A stretch of DNA of 64,000 bases from Candidatus Chisholmbacteria bacterium (GCA_963704905.1 CAVPHZ010000002.1:428905-492904); one strand, 5' to 3'; numbered from the stretch's first letter, positions 27,313-37,346 are shown. Notes: generated by a model not told the origin, from the sequence alone. Translations and numbers: made by a program.

Positions 27313-28341
27313 TCATCTTGGTAACTCCAAAAGATATCCTCGCTTACGCATCGTCTGTAATGTCTCGTTTGGTAGGCCAAACGACACCAGCTTATATCGC
27401 ACCCGCTGAACCGCTTTATTCAAAGCCCAAAGCGAAACAAGCTCTCCCTCACCCCAGAGAAAATCAGCCACTTCATCAAAGGGTACAATATCCCCCTCCT
27501 TTGATAAAAACAATTTCAGCAGACCCATCTCTTGTCTAGACCATGTTGCTTCAACTTTCTTCCCTTTAACATACACCGCATCCTTAACTACCTCGAGAAT
27601 TTTATCTTCATAAACAACTTCCAGCTTCTTCAGATAGGCTGTAGACTGTCTTCGCAGCTTCGGATCAACTCGTGTCAAAGCCTGGAGAGTCCTTTTGTAT
27701 TGAGGAAATAGTCTTTTCATCTCCCGATTTGTCATCAAAAAATCAACAATCGCTTCTGCCTCACTCCAGCGCAATTTATGTTCTTTCCGGTGTTGAAAAA
27801 GCAATGCGCTCATAACTACCTCCGCCAGATTTCCCAGATCAGCATCGCTTCTCAGATAACAGATTAACTTCTGTCCATACGATGAACCTAAAACCGAAAA
27901 CGAAGAAATCGTTCCGTATCTGGTAAGGCGCACTTCGACCGCATCAATGACTCGTAATACATCTGGAAAAGCTCGCTCAACAGTAAGCCAAATAACCGAT
28001 TCTCTTTGACTCCACAACCTTTTCCGCGCTGACAGTTGTGCAGTATGCAGACCCTGTCTATTCCCAAAAAGCTCCCTCATTTCTTCCCGTAATCGATGAG
28101 GCGACCGTATCGGAAAGTTTAGTTGTAACTTCACCACTCTTCCCCAATAATCCTCAATATCAGAATACGCAAGTTGCGGTAAAACCACCTCCTGTGGACT
28201 ACCTCTGTGCTGAAGTGTGGGTAAAATCACAAATCCCTTGCGTTTATAAAAACCATTCGCAATAGACAGTGAAGTAAACAAAATCCGTTCGATTTCAGTA
28301 TTTGGACTTGATACAAACTCTATCCTGGGTAAATTGTCCAT
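27313..28341 (-). CDS. transcriptional regulator with C-terminal OmpR/PhoB-type winged-helix domain and an unknown N-terminal domain (no receiver)
   Basis: C-terminal ~95 aa (ATWSRQEMGLLKLFLSKEGDIVPFDEVADFLWGEG...LNKAVQRVRYKL...TMRKRGYLLE) fit the Trans_reg_C pattern. The N-terminal 240 aa have no CheY-like D-D-K motifs. Confidence 0.5.
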   Translation of the reverse strand: MDNLPRIEFVSSPNTEIERILFTSLSIANGFYKRKGFVILPTLQHRGSPQEVVLPQLAYSDIEDYWGRVVKLQLNFPIRSPHRLREEMRELFGNRQGLHTAQLSARKRLWSQRESVIWLTVERAFPDVLRVIDAVEVRLTRYGTISSFSVLGSSYGQKLICYLRSDADLGNLAEVVMSALLFQHRKEHKLRWSEAEAIVDFLMTNREMKRLFPQYKRTLQALTRVDPKLRRQSTAYLKKLEVVYEDKILEVVKDAVYVKGKKVEATWSRQEMGLLKLFLSKEGDIVPFDEVADFLWGEGELVSLWALNKAVQRVRYKLVSFGLPNETLQTMRKRGYLLELPR

Positions 28342-28420
28342 TTCTTGTCCAGATTATAATCTACCTTAACCTATAATAGCAACTTGGTCTTATGTTCATG
28401 GTCGATAAAGGAGAGTTAAT

Positions 28421-28636
28421 ATGTGCGAGAAATCAAAACCAAATCAAACGGACATCTATCTCTCATTAGTCAGAGATATTCATCTGGCAATGAGCAGTGG
28501 CGACGATACGCTTAGAATCGATATCCCGCGTATGTATCTGAAAAAACTTGAACTAGAAGAACAAATGGGAATATCTGGCGAGCAAATGACTAGCCTCTGG
28601 GAAATCGCCACTCAAGATTCACCGTATCGTGTTTAG
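28421..28636 (+). CDS. hypothetical small protein (71 aa)
   Basis: ORF only. Confidence 0.2.
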   Translation: MCEKSKPNQTDIYLSLVRDIHLAMSSGDDTLRIDIPRMYLKKLELEEQMGISGEQMTSLWEIATQDSPYRV

Positions 28637-28655
28637 AAGAAATTAAAGGAGAGTT

Positions 28656-29099
28656 ATGTCAGTAAAAGAAAAACAACCGCAAACACCCACCTTTGAAACT
28701 GAAATCCAGACAACGATGAATACTCAGGGTATCCCTGAACCTCTTACCAGGGATTTCATTGAAATATCCCTCCTCCATGCTGGCCGTATGATAAACAGAT
28801 TAACTGGCTACTCCCAATATGCAGCTCTCTACGACTATTTCTCGCCAGAGTACCAACAAGCAGTAGAGAATGAAAACAGTTTAATTCGCAGACTTCGTCA
28901 AGGCATGGAATCAACAGAGACCGGAAGAACTTTTCTTCATGAACACTCCATCCCAGCCGATACAATTCCAGTGCCGATTCTTGTCTTTGAGTCTGGAGAA
29001 ATAGATCCCATTTTAACAACTCAAATTACAACTGACGATGGTCTTGAAGAAACGCGTCAATGGTACGTTGATCAAATCGGAAATGTAACAAAGCAATAA
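28656..29099 (+). CDS. hypothetical protein (147 aa)
   Basis: ORF preceded by aaaggagag (RBS-like) at 28640-28648. No family recognised. Confidence 0.35.
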   Translation: MSVKEKQPQTPTFETEIQTTMNTQGIPEPLTRDFIEISLLHAGRMINRLTGYSQYAALYDYFSPEYQQAVENENSLIRRLRQGMESTETGRTFLHEHSIPADTIPVPILVFESGEIDPILTTQITTDDGLEETRQWYVDQIGNVTKQ

Positions 29100-29140
29100 T
29101 CAGTAATTCGTTATGTGAGAGGTCAATATCAGCAATGATA

Positions 29141-30145
29141 TCATCGCTTTACAATATTCCGCTTATACAAATGTAAATTCTCCAACGCGATACCTGTTCC
29201 CTTGACAACTGCCAGCATTGGTTCTTCTGCTACATGACAAGGAACCCCGGTCTCCTCGGTCATGAGCACATCAAAATTTCTGAGTATACTCGTTCCTCCA
29301 GTCATGACAATACCTTTGTCGATGATGTCACTCGCCAACTCTGGAGGCACCTGTTCCAAAACTCCTTTCACAGCCCCAATAATAAGCGAAAGTGGACGCT
29401 GTATCGCTTGCGTTATCTCAGTGCTAGTAACAGTAATTGTCTTTGGTAGACCAGTAAAATGATCACGTCCTTTAACTTTCATTTCCTCTTTTTCTTTCAG
29501 TTCAGTAGCCGATCCTATCTTGATTTTTATCATCTCCGCTGTCTGGTCGCCAACCACCAAGTTGTGTTTACGTCTGGTATATGTAGCGATTGCTTCATCG
29601 ATTTTATTCCCAGCCACTCGCACACTTTTATGAGTTACCACACCTCCCAAAGAAATAACGGCTGCCTCTGCAGCTCCGCCTCCGATATCAAGGACCATAT
29701 TCCCAGATGCTTGAGAAATTGGAACTTGGGCTCCAATCGCCGCTGCCAATGGCTCATCAATCAAATATGCATGTCGAGCACCTGCCGACAGTGTTGCATC
29801 AAGCACCGCCCGTCGTTCAACTTGAGTACAACCGGCCGGAACACAGATCATCACCTCAGGTCGAAAAAGAAATGACCGCCCGACAACCCTTTGAATAAAA
29901 AATCGAAGCATCGCCTCCGTTACAGCGTAATCGGCAATCACGCCATCACGCATCGGCCTACTTGCCGTGATGTTTCCGGGAGTTCTCCCCAACATCTCAC
30001 GTGCTTCATTGCCAACTGCAACGACTCGATTATCTTCAATAGAAACCGCCACAACAGTCGGCTCATTGAGCATGATGCCTTTTCCAACCAGCCATACAAG
30101 TGAATTAGCAGTTCCAAGATCAATCCCCAGACGTTTTGCAAACAT
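29141..30145 (-). CDS. mreB: rod-shape-determining actin homolog MreB
   Basis: MFAKRLGIDLGTANSLVWLVGKGIMLNEPTVVAV...DIGGGAAEAAVISLGGVV are the canonical MreB phosphate-1 and phosphate-2 motifs. Confidence 0.85.
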   Translation of the reverse strand: MFAKRLGIDLGTANSLVWLVGKGIMLNEPTVVAVSIEDNRVVAVGNEAREMLGRTPGNITASRPMRDGVIADYAVTEAMLRFFIQRVVGRSFLFRPEVMICVPAGCTQVERRAVLDATLSAGARHAYLIDEPLAAAIGAQVPISQASGNMVLDIGGGAAEAAVISLGGVVTHKSVRVAGNKIDEAIATYTRRKHNLVVGDQTAEMIKIKIGSATELKEKEEMKVKGRDHFTGLPKTITVTSTEITQAIQRPLSLIIGAVKGVLEQVPPELASDIIDKGIVMTGGTSILRNFDVLMTEETGVPCHVAEEPMLAVVKGTGIALENLHLYKRNIVKR

Positions 30146-30231
30146 ACGCAAGCCCTCAATCTACAACGAAAATCGTGGCAAGTATAACATATCTCTTCCT
30201 CCTAAAAACTCGCTTCTTTGGCAATGTTATA

Positions 30232-31611
30232 ATGCCTACTACGATAGCTATGAACAGACGTCTCCTGATTACCATTTCAATATTAATCTTCCTTATACTC
30301 GGGACATACGCTGCTATACAATTTGCCAAGGGGTATCGCCCAGATCTCAGTTCAAGAGAGATTAAAGGCACAGGTCTCCTGGTTGCCAATTCCCTTCCGG
30401 AAGGAGCACAAGTGTTCATCGATGGCAAACTAACCACTGCAACCGACGATACATTAAATCTTCCTCCGGGAAATTTTGAAATTGAAATTAAAAAAGATGG
30501 TTATATTCCCTGGAAAAAAATGATGGTTATCGAGGCAGAGCTGGTCACCCAAGCTAACGCCAGATTGTTTCCCGCTGTCACCAGTCTGAGCCCTCTCACA
30601 TTTACAGGAGCAATCAATGTAGTCCCCAGTCCGAATGGACAAAAAATCGTGTATGCCGTCACCGAATCAAGCGAAGATTCCAATAAAGGTTTATGGATTT
30701 TAGATCTTGTTCAACGGCCACTCTCACTTTCAAGAGATCCAAGACAGGTTGTTCGCAACACTGCCAATCTCGACTTCTCCCAGGCGGTTCTCGGTTGGTC
30801 TCCAAATTCATCACAAATTCTAGCCCACTTCCCAGGAGATCCTGATATCCTTCGAAGCACAGAAACCAACATTCTTCTCGATGCAAACGATTTAAATAAA
30901 GTGGAATCACTGCGAGACGTCACCGCTCAATTACCGGTCATTTTTTCCCAGTGGGAGGAAGAGCTGGCAGTAAAACAAAATGACCAGCTTCTCAACCTGC
31001 CATCGCAAATGCAGGAAATAGCCACAGCCTCTGCTACAAATATCTACTTCTCTCCAGACGAAAAGAAAGTTCTCTATACCGCCACCCAACAAGTTCATAT
31101 TCCTGAAGAGCTCATTCCCCCCCTCTTCTCGACAAACACGCAACCTGAAAACCGTGATCTCCAGCCCGGAAACGTATACGTGTATGACATTGAGGAGGAT
31201 AAAAACTTCTTGATTACTAAACAGCCCGCAGAAGCTGAAAGAACCAGGGTATTACTCTTTGACAAGCTCACTCCAAGAACCTTGCTCGCTCAAGAGTCGT
31301 CTCCAAGTTCTCACAGAAAGCTTCAGAGAGAATCAACGCAGGATACAATCGCCGCTTTCCGCGCACAGTACACACCGATTACGCTTCAAAATGTACAGTG
31401 GTTTCCAGACAGCAAGCATCTCATCATCACCGAGCCTGAGAAAATCACGATCGCTGAGTATGATGGAACCAACAAGTCCATTGTGCATTCCGGTAGTTTT
31501 GAAGATACATTCACCTATCCATGGCCAGACGGATCAAAGCTGCTCATCCTCACTAGCCTAAACACCGAGTCAGACATTCCCTCAAACCTGTATGCAATTA
31601 GCTTGGAGTAA
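30232..31611 (+). CDS. membrane-anchored PEGA-domain protein with C-terminal beta-rich (TolB/propeller-like) region
   Basis: TM (LLITISILIFLILGTYAAI) then LLVANSLPEGAQVFIDGKLTTATDDTLNLPPGNFEIEIKKDGYIPW (PEGA-like). Start chosen at the Met at 30232 to avoid overlap with mreB. Confidence 0.5.
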   Translation: MPTTIAMNRRLLITISILIFLILGTYAAIQFAKGYRPDLSSREIKGTGLLVANSLPEGAQVFIDGKLTTATDDTLNLPPGNFEIEIKKDGYIPWKKMMVIEAELVTQANARLFPAVTSLSPLTFTGAINVVPSPNGQKIVYAVTESSEDSNKGLWILDLVQRPLSLSRDPRQVVRNTANLDFSQAVLGWSPNSSQILAHFPGDPDILRSTETNILLDANDLNKVESLRDVTAQLPVIFSQWEEELAVKQNDQLLNLPSQMQEIATASATNIYFSPDEKKVLYTATQQVHIPEELIPPLFSTNTQPENRDLQPGNVYVYDIEEDKNFLITKQPAEAERTRVLLFDKLTPRTLLAQESSPSSHRKLQRESTQDTIAAFRAQYTPITLQNVQWFPDSKHLIITEPEKITIAEYDGTNKSIVHSGSFEDTFTYPWPDGSKLLILTSLNTESDIPSNLYAISLE

Positions 31612-31662
31612 AAGAACAAAATCGGATAGCAAACCTTTGATGTTTTTGCTAAAATCTTGGGT

Positions 31663-32745
31663 ATGAAAGCCATTATCGCTGCCGGAGGCAGAGGGAGTAG
31701 ACTCTACCCCTTAACCTTTACCAACAACAAACACCTCATCCCGATTGCGAATAAACCGCTTCTTTTTTATCCTATTGAAGACATCGCAGAAGTAGGCATT
31801 AAACAGGTCGGCATCATTGTCAATGAAACCCGATCCTCTATCGAAAACGCTGTTGGAAGCGGAAAAAAGTGGGGCTTGAAAATCACGTATATCGACCAGC
31901 CTGAACCTCTGGGCATCGGTCATGTGGTAAAAATATCAGAAAACTTTCTCCAGGGTGAACCATTCGTCTACCATCTGGGAGATAACATCTTTACCAACGG
32001 AATCAAGAAACCTTTTGATCATTTTGCCACAAAAAAACCGGATGCGGTACTCACCATCATCCAACACGATGAGAACTTCAGACTCGGTGTTCCCTACTTC
32101 GACAAATCAGGAAAACTGGAAAAAGTTGTTGAAAAACCAAAAAATCCACCCAATTCCTATGGAGTTCCCGGATTGTACTTCTTTAACCATCATGTGTTTG
32201 AAGCCTTCCATGGTAAAGAACAGGTTCAACCATCTATTCGTGGTGAGTACGAAGTACCGGACTTGTATTCATACCTCATTGAACACGGATATCAGGTCGA
32301 CACCGCCGAAATTGACGGACAGTGGATCGATCCAGGGAAATTTGATGATAGCCTCGAAGCAAATCGAATTCTTCTCGACATCCGAGGGATCAATGATATC
32401 AAAGGAATCGTTGATAAAAGCTCAACTATCCAAGGAAAAGTTGCCATTGGCAAAGGCTCAAACATTGTTAACAGTCGGATTTATGGACCCGCAACAATCG
32501 GCGAACATGTCCACATCGAAAACGCCTATATTGGTCCGTACACATCAATTGCCAATGGCTGCGAAATCAGAAGTGCAACCATCGAAGATAGCATCCTCAT
32601 GGAGCGGGTTGATATCACTGACGTCAAAGGTAAAATCGTAGCCAGCATGATTGGTAAAGATGCAACCGTCATTGGTCTCTCAGCAGCCAAACCCATCCAC
32701 AAACTCACCATCTCCGACATGAGCGTCGTCGAATTGTCTCGATGA
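31663..32745 (+). CDS. sugar-1-phosphate nucleotidyltransferase (long RmlA/GlmU-like form with C-terminal left-handed beta-helix)
   Basis: MKAIIAAGGRGSRLYPLTFTNNKHLIPIANKPLLFYPIE is the GxGxR nucleotidyltransferase motif. The C-terminus carries hexapeptide-like repeats (IGKGSNIVNSRIYGPATIGEHVHIENAYIGP). Confidence 0.7.
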   Translation: MKAIIAAGGRGSRLYPLTFTNNKHLIPIANKPLLFYPIEDIAEVGIKQVGIIVNETRSSIENAVGSGKKWGLKITYIDQPEPLGIGHVVKISENFLQGEPFVYHLGDNIFTNGIKKPFDHFATKKPDAVLTIIQHDENFRLGVPYFDKSGKLEKVVEKPKNPPNSYGVPGLYFFNHHVFEAFHGKEQVQPSIRGEYEVPDLYSYLIEHGYQVDTAEIDGQWIDPGKFDDSLEANRILLDIRGINDIKGIVDKSSTIQGKVAIGKGSNIVNSRIYGPATIGEHVHIENAYIGPYTSIANGCEIRSATIEDSILMERVDITDVKGKIVASMIGKDATVIGLSAAKPIHKLTISDMSVVELSR

Positions 32746-32772
32746 CCAAACCACTCCCTTGACTCGATCCTC

Positions 32773-34140
32773 ATGATACCTGTTATACTAAAAGAAATGA
32801 AACTGCCTCTGCTATTGCGCCGCTCTTCAAAGGGCCAAAGTCTTATCGAAGCTCTCCTTGGTCTTGGTATTCTTCTCATCCTCTTTCACGCCCTTGGCAG
32901 TCTTCTCATCGCGGCCTACGATCTCCTGGGAAATACCCGTACCAGAACGACAGCCCGATACCTCGCAACCGAAAGAATAGAAGAAATGAGAAACCTTCCC
33001 TATGCGAATATTGGTGTTCAAGGCGGAATTCCTTCTGGAGTTCTTCCTCAATTGGCGTCAATAAATCGCAACGGCCTCGACTACACAACCAGAACCGCAG
33101 TCGTATTTATCGATGACCCCTTCGACAATCTTGCCCCGACCGACCCATTCCCAACCGATTACAAAAGGGTCCGCATCGATGTTTCTTGGACAGGCAGGTT
33201 TATCGCCGGTGAATCAGTCACCATGATCTCTGATATTGCTTCAGATCAGATCACCGGAGGCGGCACACTCTCAATTCTTGTCTTTGACTCCCAGACCTCG
33301 CCGGTTGCCCAGGCTTCTGTCCACATCGTCAACAACGACGCTGTTCCGGCTATCGATCTTGACCTTCTCACAGACGACGATGGGAGAATTATTTTACCAG
33401 GGGCTCCTACTTGTACCAATAATTGCTATGAAATCACCGTCACCAAAACCGGGTACACCACTGACAGAACCTATGGTACTGCAGAGATTGAAAACCCAAA
33501 CAAAGAACACGCAAATGTCACCGAAGGAGACCTGACAGAAATCAGCTTTGAAATCGATGTTTTCTCAATCCTAAACGTGTACTCGTTCAATGATCGTGAA
33601 TCAAGTTTCTCGGCTATTCCTAACAAACCATTCCGGCTATGGAGTAGTAAAATAATCGGTACGAATACCCTAGGCGAGGATGTATACAAATACGACCAAA
33701 TTATCGCAACTGGAAATGATTCCAAGCTTACCATTACGGATTTTGAATATGGTCAATATTCTATTGAATTTGAAACCGGGGATGCATATGACCTTGCCGG
33801 AACCAATCCACTGCGAATGTTCTACCTTCCAGCTGGTGATCCGCTTGATGTTAAGTTCGCGTCATCACTACATCAGCTTAACACGCTGCTTCTGGAAGTA
33901 CGAGATGCGTCACAATCGGCTATTGCCAGCGCCAGCGCCCATCTCACCGGTCCGGCGTCCTATGACGAAACCATCTTCACTGGGCCACCCGACGCTCCTG
34001 ACTTCGGCCAATCATTCTTCTCTCCGCTTACGGCTGGTAGTTATAACCTCCAGGTTTCAAAGCCAGGTTACGAACCGGCCTCTGACACTATCAATGTTTC
34101 TGGAAATACTGAACGAAGAATCTACTTAGACAAACTCTAA
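32773..34140 (+). CDS. pseudopilin-like protein with prepilin-type N-terminus and large beta-rich body
   Basis: N-terminus MKLPLLLRRSSKGQSLIEALLGLGILLILF resembles a class III signal (G|QSLIE with Glu at +5). An alternative start lies at 32797. Confidence 0.45.
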   Translation: MIPVILKEMKLPLLLRRSSKGQSLIEALLGLGILLILFHALGSLLIAAYDLLGNTRTRTTARYLATERIEEMRNLPYANIGVQGGIPSGVLPQLASINRNGLDYTTRTAVVFIDDPFDNLAPTDPFPTDYKRVRIDVSWTGRFIAGESVTMISDIASDQITGGGTLSILVFDSQTSPVAQASVHIVNNDAVPAIDLDLLTDDDGRIILPGAPTCTNNCYEITVTKTGYTTDRTYGTAEIENPNKEHANVTEGDLTEISFEIDVFSILNVYSFNDRESSFSAIPNKPFRLWSSKIIGTNTLGEDVYKYDQIIATGNDSKLTITDFEYGQYSIEFETGDAYDLAGTNPLRMFYLPAGDPLDVKFASSLHQLNTLLLEVRDASQSAIASASAHLTGPASYDETIFTGPPDAPDFGQSFFSPLTAGSYNLQVSKPGYEPASDTINVSGNTERRIYLDKL

Positions 34141-34142
34141 TC

Positions 34143-34781
34143 ATGCCAAATACAAATAATACTATTAAAAGATATACTAATGAATCAGGTTTCTCTCTCA
34201 TTGAGCTTCTTATGGGTATGGCGATCTTCTCTTTTCTTCTCTTGGGTGTTTTTGGTCTTCAGCAACTCTTGATGCAAGGCGAAGAATTTGGCATCAGCAC
34301 AGCTTTCACCATCGAGAACGCCCAAAGTTCCCTTCAAAATCTGGTTCAAGAATTACGCAACGCCAGGCAATCGGATGGTGGAGCCTACCCCCTGGAATTG
34401 GCCGATGATCAAGAAATTATCTTCTATAGCAACGCCGACCAGGACAATCAGATAGAACGGATTCGCTATTTCCTTCAAGGTTCAGATCTTCAAAAAGGCA
34501 CAATTGATCCGGTAGGATTTCCAGTCACCTATCCTCCTGGCAACGAAGTTGTAACAACCATTGCCAATTTTGTTCAAAATGACACGGATCCAGTGTTCTT
34601 CTACTACAACCAGGACTGGCCTGCCGACATCATCAACAACCCACTCACAACACCTGCCCAACTAAATGATGTTTCACTTGTTAAAATAAATGTGAGAGTA
34701 AACGCAGATCCCGAAAATCCATCGAGCGAATTTGTCCTCGAACCGTTTGTTCAGATCCGCATGTTAAAAGATAATTTATGA
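34143..34781 (+). CDS. type IV pilin/pseudopilin
   Basis: NESGFSLIELLMGMAIFSFLLLGVFGL is a canonical prepilin peptidase motif (G|FSLIEL). The gene begins 2 nt after the previous stop. Confidence 0.6.
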   Translation: MPNTNNTIKRYTNESGFSLIELLMGMAIFSFLLLGVFGLQQLLMQGEEFGISTAFTIENAQSSLQNLVQELRNARQSDGGAYPLELADDQEIIFYSNADQDNQIERIRYFLQGSDLQKGTIDPVGFPVTYPPGNEVVTTIANFVQNDTDPVFFYYNQDWPADIINNPLTTPAQLNDVSLVKINVRVNADPENPSSEFVLEPFVQIRMLKDNL

Positions 34782-36181
34782 ACGGACCTAGTAAAAAATT
34801 AAAGAGAGATTTCAACAGTCAACAAGGTTCTGTGCTGGTTGCCCTACTCATCTCTGCAGCGACTTTTTCAATAATTATCTATTCTCTGCTTGCCATCCTC
34901 GCTTCCCAATTCGACTTCTCATTCCGCCGGGAGAGCCACGATCAAGCCTTAAATATCGCCGAAGCTGGAATCAACTATTATCGCTGGCATCTCCTTCAAG
35001 CTCCAGATGATTTTCAGGATGGTACAGGTGGACCAGGACCGTATATCCATGACTATCGCGATCCTCAAGGCAACATTATCGGCGAGTACAGCCTTGAAAT
35101 TACTCCACCATCAGAAGGCTCAACCATCGTGACAGTCAAATCAACCGGACACACAAACGACTATCCCCTTGTAAAACGTGCGATCACCGCTCAACTCGGC
35201 CAAACATCCTATGCCCAATATGCATTCTTAACTGGGGCTAGCTCTTGGTTTGGATCTGGAATTACAGTCTTCGGTCCAATCCACAGCAACAATGGTATTC
35301 GCCAAGACGGTGTCAACATATCGACCGTAACCAGCGCCCAAACAACCTACACCTGCGGTTCAGAAACCGGCTGCAGTCCATCACAGACGATGCCTGGTGT
35401 TTGGGGGTCGGGCGGTGACTCGGGACTCTGGGACTTTCCTGTTCCTGCAATCGATTTTGATGCCATATCATTCGATTTTGGCGAGATGCGCACCGAAGCT
35501 CAGGCCAACGGAGTCTACCTCGGACCGTCAGGTTCATGGGGATACCATGTTATCTTTTTCCCCGACAGCACAGTCGATATTTACACAGTAACCAACACCA
35601 GCAGGCCGTACGGTTATGCGGTTGAAGACGGCTGTCAGCGCCGGAGAGAAATCATCAACACACAGAATTTTCTTGGCAGATGGGATATTTCCGACGCACC
35701 GATCATATTTCTCGAAGACAGAACTTGGGTAAACGGCACGGTAAACGGACGAACGACAGTCGTCGCAGCCCGCTTCCCGATCGGAAGTTTTGACACAAAT
35801 ATTTGGATTCCAAGCAGCCTTACCTATCTGGCTAAAGACGGAAATCACTCCTTAGGTTTGATTGCTCAAAACGACATCTACTTCACTCGAGATATTCCAA
35901 CAGACTTTGAAGTCGATGCCGCACTCATGGCACAACAGGGTCACATCATCAGACATGGATACCTCTGGTTCTGCGGAAACCACAGTAATGCGGTTCGCAA
36001 CAGTCTCACCCTATACGGCTCACACATCAGCAACCTCAAATCGTATTGGAATTTTGGCAGTTCTCCCTCTTCAGGATTTATCACCCGAACCTCAAACTAC
36101 GACGCAAATCTACTTTACGACCCGCCACCCTACTACCCATCAACGGGTCTCTTCGACCTCATCTCCTGGGAAGAAGAGTAG
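34778..36181 (+). CDS. minor pilin-like protein (PilX-like hydrophobic N-terminus)
   Basis: QQGSVLVALLISAATFSIIIYSLLAILA N-terminal segment; 4-nt overlap with the upstream pilin gene; 467 aa. Confidence 0.4.
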   Translation: MNGPSKKLKRDFNSQQGSVLVALLISAATFSIIIYSLLAILASQFDFSFRRESHDQALNIAEAGINYYRWHLLQAPDDFQDGTGGPGPYIHDYRDPQGNIIGEYSLEITPPSEGSTIVTVKSTGHTNDYPLVKRAITAQLGQTSYAQYAFLTGASSWFGSGITVFGPIHSNNGIRQDGVNISTVTSAQTTYTCGSETGCSPSQTMPGVWGSGGDSGLWDFPVPAIDFDAISFDFGEMRTEAQANGVYLGPSGSWGYHVIFFPDSTVDIYTVTNTSRPYGYAVEDGCQRRREIINTQNFLGRWDISDAPIIFLEDRTWVNGTVNGRTTVVAARFPIGSFDTNIWIPSSLTYLAKDGNHSLGLIAQNDIYFTRDIPTDFEVDAALMAQQGHIIRHGYLWFCGNHSNAVRNSLTLYGSHISNLKSYWNFGSSPSSGFITRTSNYDANLLYDPPPYYPSTGLFDLISWEEE

Positions 36182-36354
36182 TATTCAATACACTCAAAGC
36201 ATGAGAAATGTGTAGTTTTTACCGCGTAGGAAAATTTCCTCAAGGGTGAAAGATCGAATCCATTGATATGCGATCTGTGTTGATAATAGCCAACACGTTT
36301 TTTAAATGATCAAAAGAAGGTTTGCAGACCCATGAGACAAGAAGTAACCACCGC

Positions 36355-37029
36355 TTAGGGAGTACACAACGTTTCAGAAAGTATGTTCGGTTTGATGTTT
36401 GGGTCAAGAAAGTCACAAATAAAAGGTATTGAATAGTCTGGGGGGCCATCTCCATCTTCATCGCCATCACCATCACCGTCTCCCCCACCTCCAGCGCTTC
36501 CTATTGGAGTTGGTGTTGGGTTTGGAGTAGGTGTTGGACTTGACCCGAATGGAGGTGTTGGATCTGGAGAAACACTCACTTCAGGCGTGGGTGTCGGAGA
36601 TGGAATAACATCATCCAGCTCCTCAAGAGTTTCAATAAGCTCCTCAATAACGTCAGGAAGACTCCCGTCATCAAACGGAATATAGTAGGTAACTTCACTC
36701 CCGTCAGCCAGCGTAACCGTTAAACAGTATCCGTCAATTTCACACTGCTGGGATAAAGACGATAAATTAGTCTTCCCAAATCTCGAGAAAAAATCTTCAA
36801 CTCGATCCTCATCCCACTGCTGCTGAAATAAACCATACTTATTCCTCACGATCAGCGTCCCCTCCTTGTTGAGGGTAATACTGGCATTCTCTTTTGTCAT
36901 GGTAATCTCTGATATACCTGGATCGACAATCGGTTTTTCTCTTAAAAAGGCGTACCAGATTCCAACCAAAAGGAAAACAATTGCTACAAGAGTAATGATA
37001 ATCACAAGAGGCTTTCGTGACTCATCCAT
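36355..37029 (-). CDS. membrane-anchored protein with Pro/Thr linker and Gly-Asp repeat tail
   Basis: TM (LVIIITLVAIVFLLVGIWYAF); PTPTPEVSVSPDPTPPFGSSPTPTPNPTPTP; GGGGDGDGDGDEDGDG. Confidence 0.4.
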   Translation of the reverse strand: MDESRKPLVIIITLVAIVFLLVGIWYAFLREKPIVDPGISEITMTKENASITLNKEGTLIVRNKYGLFQQQWDEDRVEDFFSRFGKTNLSSLSQQCEIDGYCLTVTLADGSEVTYYIPFDDGSLPDVIEELIETLEELDDVIPSPTPTPEVSVSPDPTPPFGSSPTPTPNPTPTPIGSAGGGGDGDGDGDEDGDGPPDYSIPFICDFLDPNIKPNILSETLCTP

Positions 37030-37346
37030 ACATTCATTTTACCTACAAAAACTATGCACTGTCCACACAACAAGTAGAATGAAATATTTACTCCATCAGA
37101 TAAGCGATAATAAATACATATTAATATAACAATAGTATAATTACTGATCAGTGTAAACAAGAGTCGTGGCATCTCACAATATTCATCATCAGCTTACATG
37201 CTCCTCGAAGATAACCTATTAAACCTATCATCAATCAGAGACAAACCAACTTGGTATGCTACAATTTCATCAATTCAGAGTGTGGCGCAGTTGGTTCCTG
37301 TAAATCTCCGCTTTGAATAAAGAACAATGCCTTTACATTGATATAT

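Noticed and set aside
36240-36500. Periodic ccatca/ccatct nucleotide repeats
   Set aside because: It is a codon-level simple repeat encoding the Gly-Asp tail of the 36355..37029 protein (read on the minus strand), not a CRISPR or tandem non-coding repeat.
37285-37320. tRNA-like fragment (gtggcgcagttggttcctgtaaatctccg) upstream of tRNA-Pro
   Set aside because: It has a D-arm-like start but no anticodon stem or T-arm (no GTTCGA) and cannot fold into a cloverleaf. It may be a decayed tRNA remnant, but it is not callable as a gene.
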